Shown here: in pieces, positions 10,518 through 21,071 of the stretch
Position numbering within the stretch: position 1 is the stretch's first letter
How the letters are laid out: each line of letters opens with the position of its first letter
NCBI GenBank assembly: GCA_963725815.1
Contig: CAVSAD010000007.1
Span: 168,372-232,371, forward strand
DNA length: 64,000 nucleotides
DNA from: an uncultured Chloroflexia bacterium
GTDB taxonomy: Bacteria > Chloroflexota > Chloroflexia > Thermomicrobiales > Thermomicrobiaceae
Direction: 5' to 3'
The notes under the pieces: model-generated
The model's database searches: none
Told to the model about the DNA's origin: nothing
Seen by the model: the letters and a program-made list of their open reading frames with translations, nothing else
Program-made: the position numbers and the translations under genes

Positions 10518-12376
10518 TCAATTCTTCTCTGATCTTCCATCTGGATAAACCTGACTCGGGGGTGGAAAGAATTCTGGATAACCCGCTTTCATCTGATCGA
10601 ACAGTTCCAGGCAGTGCCGCCAGGTTTCCGAATCCCCTTGTTCCGCTGCGACTCGAGCGTCTTGCATGAGTTGATTCGCACGGTAGTCATGGTTCTCCTT
10701 CTTCAGCCGGAGAAATGTTTCGTGCGCTTCACGCCGAGCCCGCGATTGTTGTGACAAGGGCCGCTCATCAGCCGACGCTAACAATGATTCGGCATGCGCC
10801 CGCGTTTCATCATCGAGCACGTCGAGCGCGGCGTCGGTGGTCTCCGGCGCGGTTGATTTGAGCGCCCGTAGGATCTCGACTCGCCGGGCATCAACGATCT
10901 CATGTTCCGGAATGTCGGCGATCAGGGGGGCAAGAATCAACGGATGGCGCAGCAGCAGCGCGAACAGATGGTCCTCGGAGGTGGTGATCGTGCGCGGCTG
11001 TGCATTGGATCCGCGATGGGCGCGAACAGGAGCGGTTGACGCGGCGCCGGATCTCCGAGGATCAAGCTCTCGTTGATCTGCAGCCGTCTGGCGACCTCGG
11101 TGACGTAATGTGCCTGAACGATGCGGTCACCGATCTCGCGCAGCACAGGTGTTAGTCGTTTGTGCCAGCTCTGACTTTCGGCGCGGCTCAGTCGTCGGTT
11201 TGCCACCGATTACGACGTCAATGTAGAAATCGACGAGTGGGATCGGCGATTCGACGGCGTGCTCCAGGCGGCGACGTCTTTGCGAATGAGTTCGTCCGGA
11301 TCCTTGCCACTTGGAAGCCGGACGATGCGGATGTCGGTCTTGAACGTCCGCTCGAACCGGACGAGTCCGGCGGCGTCGGCGATCGGTCGATCGGCCTCGG
11401 CCAGGCCTTCGCGGAGTACGTCGAGCCCACGGATCGTCGCCAATCTGACCGGCCGCATCGGAGTCGAGCGCCAGCAGAATCCGATCGACTGAGCGACGGA
11501 CGAGCCGCACCTGTGCACTGGTCAACGCGGTGCCCATTGAGGCGACGACGTTCTCGAAGCCGAACTGGTGCGCGGCAATCGCGTCCATATAGCCTTCGAC
11601 GACGATGACTTCACGCTCGCGCCGGATGGCGTCCTGGGCCAGATGGAGGGCGTAGAGGTTGCCGCCTTTGTCGAAGAGCGACGTCTGCGGGAGTTGAGAT
11701 ACTTCGGCTTGTCATCTCCCATCGCGCGACCGCCGAAGCCGATGACGCGTCCGTCTTTGTCGTGGATCGGGAAGATCAGACGATCGCGAAAGCGGTCGTA
11801 GCTACCGCCGCCTTCCCGTTCTATGGCCAGCCCGGCGGAGACCAGCTCGCCGGGTTGCACGTCACGCTCGCCCATGTAGCGGATTAGCGCGTCCCAGGAT
11901 TCGGGCGCGTAGCCGAGCTGAAAGCGTTCGGCAGTCTGCCGGTCGACGCCGCGACGCTCGAACACCTGCCGGCCGGCCTCGCCCTGGCGCGTCTGCCACA
12001 GGACATATGCAAACCAGTTCGCCGCTCGGCAGTTGATTTCGAGCATGCGCTGGTCGCGCTCGATTTCCTCAGGAGCGGGCGGCGGCCCGGCTGGCTTGAG
12101 CTCGACGCCGGTTCTGGCGGCAAGTTGCTCCAATGCCCCACGGAAATCGACATGGTCGAGCTGCATCACGAAATTGAACGCATCGCCCCCCGCGGCGCAA
12201 CCGAAGCAGTGAAAGGTCTGATTATCGGGAAAGACTACGAAGGACGGTGTCTTCTCCTGATGGAATGGGCACAGCCCTTTGAAGTTTCTGCCCGATTTTC
12301 GAAGATTGACGTGCTGACCGATCAGATCAACGATGTCGAGCCGCTCGCGGATTTGGTCGACAATGTCGTTTGCCAT
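10518..12376 (-). pseudogene. dnaG: DNA primase DnaG, interrupted by at least 5 frame breaks
   Basis: Zinc finger CPFHQEKTPSFVVFPDNQTFHCFGC. The TOPRIM block EGYMDAIAAHQFGFENVVASMGTALT...LALDSDAAGQ lies in a second frame, RGLDVLREGL...LPSGKDPDELIRKDVAAW in a third, ESPIPLVDFYIDVVIGG back in the second, and the C-terminal helicase-binding region is split over two more. Breaks are near 11690, 11445, 11265, 11200 and 11050. Confidence 0.85.
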
Positions 12377-12387
12377 GGTTGCCTGCC

Positions 12388-13441
12388 TTACGCCGACCAG
12401 AAGTGCGGCACGTAGAGGGTCTCGAATCGTGAGATGGCATAGCGGTCGGTCATGCTCGCGACGTAGTCAATGGCGACGCGCTCGACCCCGTCCGATGCCA
12501 GAGCGCGAGCGAACTCTTCGGGGACCTCATCCGGATTCGTCGCGTAGTGCTCGAAGAGCCACTGGAGCATCCGTTGGGCACGCTGTGTCGCTTCGGCGTC
12601 GTTGATCGGCCGGTAGACCTTCTCGAACAGGAAGTCGCGCAGGCAATCCGTTGCCTCGCGCACATCTTCCGACATCAGAACGTATTGACCGCCCTGGCAG
12701 ATGGCGTCGATTACCGGGTCCGACTGCCCGATGATATCGCACACGAGCGTATTGATTCGCGCGGAATGCCCGGCTCCAAGGCGATCTGTCACCATGGCCG
12801 GTATCTCTTCCTGCGTGACCATTCGTGCCCGAATCGCATCGTCTAAGTCGTGATTGACGTAGGCTACGCCATCGCTAATCTTGACGATCTGTGCTTCCGG
12901 GGTTCCCGGCCGCCCGCTTACGTTGCCTGTGATGGCACCCTCGGGCTTTGAATGGCGCAGAATCCCATCCCGTACCTGTTCAGTAAGGTTCAAACCTCGC
13001 CCATCATTTTCAATGCGGTCGACCACGCGCAGACTCTGCTCGTTGTGCCGGAACCCAGGAAAGACCTCGGATAGCGCTCGCTCGCCCGCATGACCGAATG
13101 GCGTGTGACCCAAATCGTGAGAAAGTCCGATCGCTTCGACGAGATCTTCATTCAGTCGCAGCGCTCGCCCGATCGTTCGGGCAATCTGGGTGACCTCCAG
13201 CGTATGTGTCAGGCGGGTGCGGAAGTGGTCCCCGTCCGGCGAGATGAAGACCTGCGTCTTGTGCATCAGGCGCCGGAACGCCTTCGCGTGGGTGACACGG
13301 TCGCGGTCTCGCTGGAAATGCGTACGTGCTATGGATCAGCTTCGGGGACTCGTCGGGTCGCGGTCGCACTGCGGGTCGCCGCTGGCCGTAGGAACGTGTC
13401 TTCGGGTTGTGAGAGTCGTCGTGAATGTGGGTGAGATCCAC
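12388..13441 (-). pseudogene. dGTPase-like dNTP triphosphohydrolase (HD domain), with 2 frame breaks in the N-terminal 40 codons
   Basis: THFQRDRDRVTHAKAFRRLMHKTQVF and HDLGHTPFGHAGE are present. N-terminal pieces VDLTHIHDDSHNP / EDTFLRPAATRSATATRRVPEADP / IARTHFQ sit in three frames. GGAGG RBS precedes GTG 13441. Breaks are near 13403 and 13333-13334. Confidence 0.8.
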
Positions 13442-13636
13442 GCGTGCCTCCGTCGGTGAGCGAACACGGCAATTGTATCTCAGACCGGTGCATCGTGCTG
13501 TACGTACGGTAATGATGCTTTGGTGGGCCAATGAGATCGTCAGGGGCACGCGCCCTAGGTGGAGGTGGTTGAACGGCGTGAATGACTATTGACGGAGGGG
13601 CAATTCCCGCCCGCACGGAGTGTTAAAAATGAGCGC

Positions 13637-15466
13637 ATGGACGATTCAATCCGCGACCGGCTCGCCGCGCTCGGGTCCGAGCCGGGCGTCTATTTGATGA
13701 AGAATGAACGTGGAGACGTCATCTACGTCGGCAAGGCGTCGTCGCTACGTAATCGCGTCCGCTCCTACTTTGGGACTCTGCGCGGTATGGACGGCAAGAC
13801 GCGTGAGTTGGTACGTAAGATCGCCGACTTCGACGTCATCCGCACCGATACCGCGTCGGAAGCGCTGATTCTCGAAAACGAGCTGATCAAACGATATCTT
13901 CCGAAGTACAACATCATGCTGCGCGACGGGAAGACCTACCCTTTCATCCGCATCACCAATGAACCCTTCCCACGCGTCATCAGCACGAGGCGAGTGGTCC
14001 GCGACGGCAGCCGCTACTACGGTCCATTCACCAGCGCCGGTTCGGTACACAAGACGCTGTCGCTGCTGAAGCGGTTCTTCCCGTACCGGCTGTGCGACAT
14101 TGAGATCACCGGCGACGCTGCCCGGCCGTGCCTCTACTACCACATCGGCCGCTGTGCCGGTCCATGCATTTCCGCGGTGAGCCAGTCTGAATACACCAGG
14201 ATCGTGGACAACGTGGCGACCTTTCTCGAAGGGCGTGGCGAGGAGCTACTGCCCGATCTCAACGCCGAAATGGAACGCGCGGCGGACGATCTCGATTTCG
14301 AGCGGGCAGCCACGCTCCGTGACGAGGTAAAAGCGATCGAGCACGTGCTCGAGCATCAGAAGATCGTCTCCGACAAAGGGAAGACGTTCGATGTGCTGGC
14401 GCTGGCCCAGGGCAGCGGCGGCGACGCTGGGGTGCAGGTGGCGTTTGTCCGCAACGGCAAGATCATTGGATCCGAGCCGTTCATGCTGCGTGGCGCTCGC
14501 GTCGATGATTCGCCCGCCTCAATTCTGTCTTCGTTCGTGACCCAGTTTTACGAACACGCGGCGCTGGTGCCACGTGAGCTGGTACTGCCGGTCAGTATCG
14601 ACGATGAGGAGATGGTGCGGGAATGGCTCGCCGAACGCCGTGGCGGTCCGGTGATCATCACGGTGCCGCAACGTGGTGAGCGCAAGCGGCTGATTGAGAT
14701 GGTCGCCAAGAGCGCCGAGGAGAATCTGGAGCAAAGCCGGCTCCGCTGGTTGAACGACCAGCAACGCATGACCGCGGCCTTGAGCGAGCTCGCCGACGCG
14801 CTGTCACTTGAAGGCATTCCCCGGCGCATCGAGTGCTTTGATATTTCGAACCTGCAGGGAACGAATCCTGTCGCCAGCATGGTGGTTTTCGAAGACGGCA
14901 AGCCAAAGAAGAGTGATTATCGCCGATTCAAGATCAAGACCGTCGAGGGGCCGAACGATTTTGCGATGATGCAGGAGGCGATCGGGCGACGGTTCAAGCG
15001 CGCCACGCGAGACGATGCTACCGAGGACTGGCGCTCGATGCCCGATCTCGTCATCGTCGACGGCGGAAAGGGCCAGCTAAGCGCCGCGCTCGAAACGCTG
15101 GGGGGGCTCAACGTCGAGATTCCGATCGTCGGCCTAGCCAAGGAAAACGAAGAGATCTTCATGCCAGGTCGCAGTGATCCGGTCATCCTTCCGCGTGACG
15201 CGCAGTCGCTTTTCTTGGTTCAGCGCATCCGGGACGAGGCTCATCGATTCGCGGTTACCTTCCATCGTCAGCGCCGGACAAAGTCGGAGTTCAAGTCCGC
15301 TCTTGACGAGCTCGCTGGGGTCGGTCCACGCCGCAAGAAAGCGCTGCTCAAGACGTTTGGCTCCGTGAAACGGATTCGCGAGGCGTCGGTGGACGATCTG
15401 TGCGCGGTTGAGGGGATCGGGCCCGCTCTGGCACAACAGATCAAGACCGAACTGGACGCGTTATGA
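13637..15466 (+). CDS. uvrC: excinuclease ABC subunit C
   Basis: GIY-YIG GVYLMKNERGDVIYVGKA...LENELIKRYLPKYN, UVR domain, an endonuclease domain and a C-terminal HhH. The ORF is open from 13589; ATG 13637 fits the conserved N-terminus. Confidence 0.95.
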   Translation: MDDSIRDRLAALGSEPGVYLMKNERGDVIYVGKASSLRNRVRSYFGTLRGMDGKTRELVRKIADFDVIRTDTASEALILENELIKRYLPKYNIMLRDGKTYPFIRITNEPFPRVISTRRVVRDGSRYYGPFTSAGSVHKTLSLLKRFFPYRLCDIEITGDAARPCLYYHIGRCAGPCISAVSQSEYTRIVDNVATFLEGRGEELLPDLNAEMERAADDLDFERAATLRDEVKAIEHVLEHQKIVSDKGKTFDVLALAQGSGGDAGVQVAFVRNGKIIGSEPFMLRGARVDDSPASILSSFVTQFYEHAALVPRELVLPVSIDDEEMVREWLAERRGGPVIITVPQRGERKRLIEMVAKSAEENLEQSRLRWLNDQQRMTAALSELADALSLEGIPRRIECFDISNLQGTNPVASMVVFEDGKPKKSDYRRFKIKTVEGPNDFAMMQEAIGRRFKRATRDDATEDWRSMPDLVIVDGGKGQLSAALETLGGLNVEIPIVGLAKENEEIFMPGRSDPVILPRDAQSLFLVQRIRDEAHRFAVTFHRQRRTKSEFKSALDELAGVGPRRKKALLKTFGSVKRIREASVDDLCAVEGIGPALAQQIKTELDAL

Positions 15467-16098
15467 ATCGACCGCGAGCGAGACGGATGTCGTCTGAGGA
15501 TCCGGACGTCATCCGGGTCGCTTCCGAAGTACTACGGTGTGGTGGTCTCGTCGTTTTCCCGACTGACACGGTGTACGGAATCGGGGCATTGGTCGATCGT
15601 CCCGACGCCGTGGCGCGCCTGTATGTGGCAAAAGGCCGACCGCTCGATCGGCCGATTCCCGTTCTCATATCCGATTTTCAGCAGTTGACGCGGCTGGCGC
15701 GGAATGTCGACCAACGGGTGGAGCGGTTTGTCCGGAATTACTGGCCGGGCGGGCTGACCGTGGTGCTTGACGCGGCGGAGTGGCTGCCTCGAGAGATCGT
15801 TGGCGATACCGGACGGGTTGGCCTGCGAATGCCCGACCATCCACTGGCGCTCAGACTCATTGCTGAGGCCGGTGGAGCGCTCGCGACGACGAGCGCCAAC
15901 CGGTCAGGAGAGCCCGCCGCTACGAACGCGAACGATGCTCTCCTGGCCCTGGGCGATCAGGCGCGGCTCGTCATTGACGGTGGAACGTCCCCCGGCGGGA
16001 ACCACTCCACGGTCGTGTCAGTTCAAGGCGGCCTCCTGACGATTTTGCGGGAAGGCGCGATCTCCTCGCGCCAGATCCCGCCAGAGCTTCCTCAGTGA
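15463..16098 (+). CDS. tsaC: L-threonylcarbamoyladenylate synthase (YrdC/Sua5 family)
   Basis: VVFPTDTVYGIGALVDRPDAVARLYVAKGRPLDRPIPVL and SANRSGEPA. ATGA overlap with the uvrC stop. Confidence 0.85.
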   Translation: MNRPRARRMSSEDPDVIRVASEVLRCGGLVVFPTDTVYGIGALVDRPDAVARLYVAKGRPLDRPIPVLISDFQQLTRLARNVDQRVERFVRNYWPGGLTVVLDAAEWLPREIVGDTGRVGLRMPDHPLALRLIAEAGGALATTSANRSGEPAATNANDALLALGDQARLVIDGGTSPGGNHSTVVSVQGGLLTILREGAISSRQIPPELPQ

Positions 16099-16099
16099 C

Positions 16100-16981
16100 C
16101 TAGGACGGCGGCTGGATCGCCTGGACCTTGCCAACCTGGCTGACACTGACCATCACGTCGGCCGCGCCGCTGGCGGAAGGACTGCCGACAGATGTCGTGC
16201 CGGCGACCGGCGTCGCACCCGCGTTGCCGCTGATCGAGAACTGCCCCTGAAGCAGGTAGTTGCCGTCCTGCGCGACCCAGATTTTCGAGTTGACCATCGT
16301 ATTCTCGTTGTTCGAGAAGAACATGTTGTCGCCTGTGTGCGACATCGCGTACCGCGCCGTCTCGACCGTGGCCTGTGTGCCGTCCACGGTCTCGGTGCCG
16401 GTGACCTGATAGGTTGCCTGGTTCGATTCCATCGCATTCATGACCCGCTGATCCGCGCCGAGCATGGCGACAAAACCTGCCACCATGGAGTTGTCCTTCG
16501 CCACCTTTACCGGGCCAGCGCCGATGTTGACCCAGACTTGTCCACCGATCTGCCACAACTCAAAGGCTGTTTGACCACTGGTGGAAATGACCGTCAAGTG
16601 CTGGTCCTTTCCTGACCGTTCGACCTTTACCGTCGATTGCGACGTGACGCCGGGGATGCTCGCGAAGGTGCCCTCGACGTGTGTGAACTTCACGGTCATG
16701 ACATAGGAGTTCTGGTTCTGCAGGTTCTTGAATGCGGTCGCGAGATCAATCGCGTTAGATGCGGGAGAAGCGGCTGGTGACGCGAATGGGCTGGCCGCGC
16801 TTGAAACCGTAGCGCCGCGGTCGTTGCTCATCGTCGGTGTCGCGAGGGTAGATGTCGAACCACTCGTTGAGGTTGACACACTACCCGCCGCGTCCGGGGT
16901 ACCGGACGAACCCGAGCATGCAGCCAGCACGAATATCAGCCCGATGAATGCTCCGAAGAGCCCGAAACGCCGTTTGTTCAT
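16100..16981 (-). CDS. secreted lipoprotein, function unknown
   Basis: Signal peptide with lipobox (FVLAAC), a Ser/Thr-rich linker, then a roughly 230-aa globular region with no motif I recognise. Confidence 0.6.
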   Translation of the reverse strand: MNKRRFGLFGAFIGLIFVLAACSGSSGTPDAAGSVSTSTSGSTSTLATPTMSNDRGATVSSAASPFASPAASPASNAIDLATAFKNLQNQNSYVMTVKFTHVEGTFASIPGVTSQSTVKVERSGKDQHLTVISTSGQTAFELWQIGGQVWVNIGAGPVKVAKDNSMVAGFVAMLGADQRVMNAMESNQATYQVTGTETVDGTQATVETARYAMSHTGDNMFFSNNENTMVNSKIWVAQDGNYLLQGQFSISGNAGATPVAGTTSVGSPSASGAADVMVSVSQVGKVQAIQPPS

Positions 16982-17272
16982 ACGTTACTCCCAAAGACTA
17001 TTCCGAAAAGATTGGAGGGGCGCTGCTGAGTGACCGCGGCCAGCGAGAATGCTGGCGAACGAACATCGTGGGTCGAGAACCGGATGATTTCGACCGAGTT
17101 CAGAAAGCGCTCCAATCTGGACATCGTGTTCAACTCGACGCCGGTCAGGTTGGCCAGACGCGACCGGCTCAGCGAGGTGTTTCGCAATGACGCTGCCACG
17201 CCACCGGGTGGCGTGCCTGAAACCCGTACGTTACGATTCGCGTGAGAGGTATTCGCTTCGGATGAAGGATCA

Positions 17273-18131
17273 ATGCATCCAATGTCATTGGATCATCGCG
17301 CGGCCTACGTACGTTCGATTCTGGCCAGCCTGGTGGCGACCATCGGGTTGGTGCCGCTTGGGTTGTGGGCCCGGCACCTGGATATCGGGCCCGGCACCGT
17401 TCCACTGTTCGACGCGACCGGCCGTTCGTACTGGCTCGCGGGCATCCTATTCACGATCGTGGCCGCCGGGTTGTTTCAGGCGTTGGACCGAGATTCGGCC
17501 TATGCCATGGCGACGGCGAGTGCGCGCGGGGTCCGCTATGAACCGGCGTCGGAGCTTCCCACGGCCTGGGTCATCCCGCTCGTCGCGACCATCACGGGCG
17601 TCATGCTGCTGGCCATCTATCATTCGCAGGCCGCGATCGCCTGTGTCGCGCTTGGTCTCTTCGTCATCGTCGCGACAGGCTCGATTTCCCGGCGTCATCT
17701 GTTCGATGCCGATCCGTGGAATCGAGGCCGGGCGCGGGGCGTCTACACGATCCTCGTACACGTCGTGGCCTTCTTCGCGCTGTCGATGGTCTACATCAAC
17801 AAGGTTCGCAGCCTGTTCTCCGCGACGGCGGTCCTGATCGTGGCGGTGCTCCTGCTGATGCAGACTCACCGAGGGCGAGGATGCGCTCTTCGCGCGGCGC
17901 CTCGTCTACGGGCTGGTTGGCGGGGTGATGCTTGGCCAGATCACCTGGGTGCTCAACTACTGGAAGGCAACCGGCTGGACGGGCGGAGCGGCGTTGCTCG
18001 TCTTCTTTTACCTTTCCGCCGGGCTGATTTTGAGCCAGCTGCGTGAAGGTGTGCGTGCGCGAGACGTCCTCGAGTATGGCGGCGTGAGCATCGTCGCCTT
18101 TGGCATCGTCATGTATTCGCTCTTTGGATAG
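17273..18131 (+). pseudogene. polytopic membrane protein of unknown function, with one +1 frame break near 17869
   Basis: Hydrophobic helices continue from ...AVLLLMQTH (ORF 17273) into EGEDALFARRLVYGLVGGVMLGQITWVLNYW... (ORF ending 18131). The break sits on CC 17869-17870. Confidence 0.5.
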
Positions 18132-18144
18132 GCGTGACCCGGCA

Positions 18145-18327
18145 ATGACTGACCTCGAAGCGAAGAAAACCGTCTACGACCTGATGATGGAGCTCGACCG
18201 TCTCGAGGAACTGCGTGAAGAGCTCGAGGAACGCGGCCTCCACACGATCGAGGAGATCGAGCAACGTATCGAAGAGCTCAGCGCCGAAGTTGAGGCGCTC
18301 GAGGCGGCTGATGACCAGGCGGGTTGA
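18145..18327 (+). CDS. small acidic coiled-coil protein (60 aa), hypothetical
   Basis: MTDLEAKKTVYDLMMELDRLEELREELEERGLHTIEEIEQRIEELSAEVEALEAADDQAG. Heptad-like and GC3-rich. No clear SD. Confidence 0.4.
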   Translation: MTDLEAKKTVYDLMMELDRLEELREELEERGLHTIEEIEQRIEELSAEVEALEAADDQAG

Positions 18328-18355
18328 GTGAAGCGCCAGAGCGGGTGCATGGTAG

Positions 18356-19699
18356 ATGGATCTGTTTGACGCTCGTCGCCAGGATCTCCTGCGCAGACGG
18401 GCTCCGCTTGCGGACCGGATGCGCCCACGAACGCTCGACGAACTCGTTGGACAGGACGCCATCGTTGGCCCCGGAACGTTGCTACGGCAGGCTATCGAGC
18501 GAGATCGTCTCAGTTCGCTGATTCTCTGGGGACCGCCCGGCAGCGGCAAAACCACCCTGGCCCGAGTTATTGCCGGCGTCACCAAGGCCCACTTCGTACA
18601 GATGTCGGCGGTCATGGCGGGCGTGGCCGACCTGCGACGCGAGGTGAAAGAGGCCAAGGATCGCCTTGGAATGCATGGCGCCCGGACGATCCTCTTTATC
18701 GACGAGATCCATCGCTTCAACCGAGCCCAGCAAGACGCAATTCTGCCTCACGCGGAGGACGGCACAGTCATTCTCATTGGCGCGACGACCGAGAATCCGT
18801 CGTTCGAAGTCAACTCGCCACTGCTGTCACGTTCACGCGTCATTGTGCTCAAAGCGCTCGACGACGATGCCATTCGGACCGTGATTGAACGGACCTTGGT
18901 CGACAGCGAACGTGGGCTGGGCGAAGAGAAGCTCACCATTGACCCCGATGCTCTCGACCTGCTGGTGAATCTGGCCAATGGCGACGCACGGTTTGCGCTC
19001 AACACGCTGGAACTCGCGTCGGTAGGCGCGGTGGAGAAGGTCATCGGCAGGGAGCAGATCGTCGAAGCCACGTCCCTGCGTGCCGGTAGCTACGATCGAG
19101 CCGGTGACGCACACTTCGACACCATTTCGGCGCTGCACAAGTCGATTCGAGGCTCTGATCCAGACGCGGCCCTCTACTGGCTGGCGCGCATGCTGGAGCG
19201 CGGCGATGACCCGCTCTACGTGGCGCGTCGACTGGTCCGCGCGGCGTCCGAGGACGTGGGTTTGGCCGATCCGCAAGCATTGGTGGTGACGATCGCCGCG
19301 CAGCAGGCGGTGCACTTTCTCGGGATGCCGGAAGGCGCGCTGGCGCTGGCGGAAGCCGCTGTTTACCTCGCGACCGCGCCAAAAAGCAATTCGATTTACA
19401 CCGCCTATGGCAAAGCACGTGATGACGTGGAGAGCACACGCAACGACCCGATTCCGATTCATCTTCGGAACGCTCCCACCCAGTTGATGCGCGATCTGGG
19501 CTACGGTGAGCGGTATCGATATGCCCATGATTTCGAGGACGCGATCGTCGAGCAGCAACACCTGCCCGACAACCTCGCCGGGCGAACCTACTACGAGCCG
19601 GTTGAACGGGGGTTCGAGCGCGAGATCCGCTCGCGGCTGGCATACTGGCGCAAGGTGCTTGCCAGGCGCAAGCGTGACGACGAGACGGAAGGGTCATGA
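18356..19699 (+). CDS. rarA: replication-associated recombination protein A (AAA+ ATPase)
   Basis: GPPGSGKTTLARVIA, ILFIDEIHRFN, and the C-terminal MgsA block HFDTISALHKSIRGSDPDAALYWLARMLERGDDPLYVARRL. Confidence 0.92.
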   Translation: MDLFDARRQDLLRRRAPLADRMRPRTLDELVGQDAIVGPGTLLRQAIERDRLSSLILWGPPGSGKTTLARVIAGVTKAHFVQMSAVMAGVADLRREVKEAKDRLGMHGARTILFIDEIHRFNRAQQDAILPHAEDGTVILIGATTENPSFEVNSPLLSRSRVIVLKALDDDAIRTVIERTLVDSERGLGEEKLTIDPDALDLLVNLANGDARFALNTLELASVGAVEKVIGREQIVEATSLRAGSYDRAGDAHFDTISALHKSIRGSDPDAALYWLARMLERGDDPLYVARRLVRAASEDVGLADPQALVVTIAAQQAVHFLGMPEGALALAEAAVYLATAPKSNSIYTAYGKARDDVESTRNDPIPIHLRNAPTQLMRDLGYGERYRYAHDFEDAIVEQQHLPDNLAGRTYYEPVERGFEREIRSRLAYWRKVLARRKRDDETEGS

Positions 19700-19703
19700 G
19701 TAG

Positions 19704-20450
19704 GTGACGGCAACGTTCAATCGCAAGCGGTCCGGTGGACGGAACAACGACGAGCTACGAAAGATCGAAATCATTCCCGGATACGCGCCGTTCGCCGAAG
19801 GATCTGCTCTGATCAGCGCCGGTAACACCCACGTCCTCTGTACCGCCACGGTCGAAGAGCGAGTTCCCGGATTTCTCCAGCACACCGGTAAGGGATGGGT
19901 CACCGCCGAATACGGCATGCTGCCGCGCAGCTCGCCCCAGCGCATTCCGCGCGAGCGGTCGCTCTCGTCGGGGCGTACGCACGAGATTCAGCGCCTGATC
20001 GGACGCTCGCTGCGGGCCGTGACCAAGATGGAGGCAATGGGCGAGCGCACGATCATCATCGACTGCGACGTCCTGCGCGCGGACGGTGGCACGCGCACCG
20101 CCGCGATCACCGGGAGTTTCGTGGCGTTGTGGCAAGCGCTGGACGTCCTGAAACGAACCGGACGCGTCAAAGCTATCCCGATCGCCGCGATGGTGGCCGC
20201 CGTCAGCGTTGGTGTCGTGTACGGCGATGAGCGTCTGGATCTCGACTACGAGGAAGACTCGGCGGCGGACGTCGATTTCAACGTGGTGATGACCGATCGC
20301 GGCGAGTTCATCGAAGTCCAGGGAACGGCGGAAGGCAAGCCGTTCTCGCGGCCGAGACTGGATGGCCTGGTCGATCTGGCCGGACGTGGAATCGAGCAGT
20401 TGTTCGAATTGCAGCGGGCTGCATTGGGATTGGCGACTGGCCAGTCCTGA
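19704..20450 (+). CDS. rph: ribonuclease PH
   Basis: [10 protein letters not shown]..., [13 protein letters not shown], and [18 protein letters not shown]. Confidence 0.93.
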   Translation: MTATFNRKRSGGRNNDELRKIEIIPGYAPFAEGSALISAGNTHVLCTATVEERVPGFLQHTGKGWVTAEYGMLPRSSPQRIPRERSLSSGRTHEIQRLIGRSLRAVTKMEAMGERTIIIDCDVLRADGGTRTAAITGSFVALWQALDVLKRTGRVKAIPIAAMVAAVSVGVVYGDERLDLDYEEDSAADVDFNVVMTDRGEFIEVQGTAEGKPFSRPRLDGLVDLAGRGIEQLFELQRAALGLATGQS

Positions 20451-20462
20451 CCATGGCCTCGC

Positions 20463-21071
20463 TCAGATCTCGATGTGATCTTTGGTGGACGGAACGCGAT
20501 CGCCGACTCGTGGGTCCAGTGACACGGCTGCGTCCAGCGCTCGAGCGCACGCCTTGAAGACAGCCTCGACCTGATGATGCGCGTTGCTGCCGTAGAGGGT
20601 CACGACGTGCAGGTTGATGCGAGCTTCGCTTGCCAGTGTCTCGAAGAAATGACGGAAAAGATCAACCTCTACTACACCGACGTGACTCCCGCTGAACGGC
20701 TCTCGCTGCACATAATAGCCCCGCCCCGAACAATCCACAGCCACGTGTGCCAGGGCTTCATCCATCGGTACGCTCACGTCAGCCATCCTGTGGATACCTC
20801 GACGTTCGCCGAGCGCCTGTCGTAGCGCTTGACCGAGGCAGATCGCGACGTCTTCGGTGGTGTGATGTGGATCGACGTGGAGATCGCCCTTCGCCGCGAC
20901 GCGAAGATCGAACTGGCCGTGGCGGGCGAACAGCGTGAGAAAGTGATCCAGCGCGCCGATTCCGGTTGCGATTGATGACTGTCCCGTACCATCAAGGTCG
21001 AGGGTCAACTCCACGGATGTCTCCGCTGTCGCCCGCACGATTGTTGCGGTTCGCTTCCCGATCCCCGTCAT
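20463..21071 (-). CDS. hisB: imidazoleglycerol-phosphate dehydratase
   Basis: [45 protein letters not shown]. Confidence 0.93.
   Translation of the reverse strand: MTGIGKRTATIVRATAETSVELTLDLDGTGQSSIATGIGALDHFLTLFARHGQFDLRVAAKGDLHVDPHHTTEDVAICLGQALRQALGERRGIHRMADVSVPMDEALAHVAVDCSGRGYYVQREPFSGSHVGVVEVDLFRHFFETLASEARINLHVVTLYGSNAHHQVEAVFKACARALDAAVSLDPRVGDRVPSTKDHIEI

Noticed and set aside
10518-12376. Programmed ribosomal frameshifting or other recoding as the explanation for the multiple frame changes in dnaG, glyQS and others
   Set aside because: The breaks go in both directions and lack slippery heptamers or downstream structures. They number up to five or more in one gene, and they also affect a tRNA stem and its 3' tail. 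Recoding cannot explain that.
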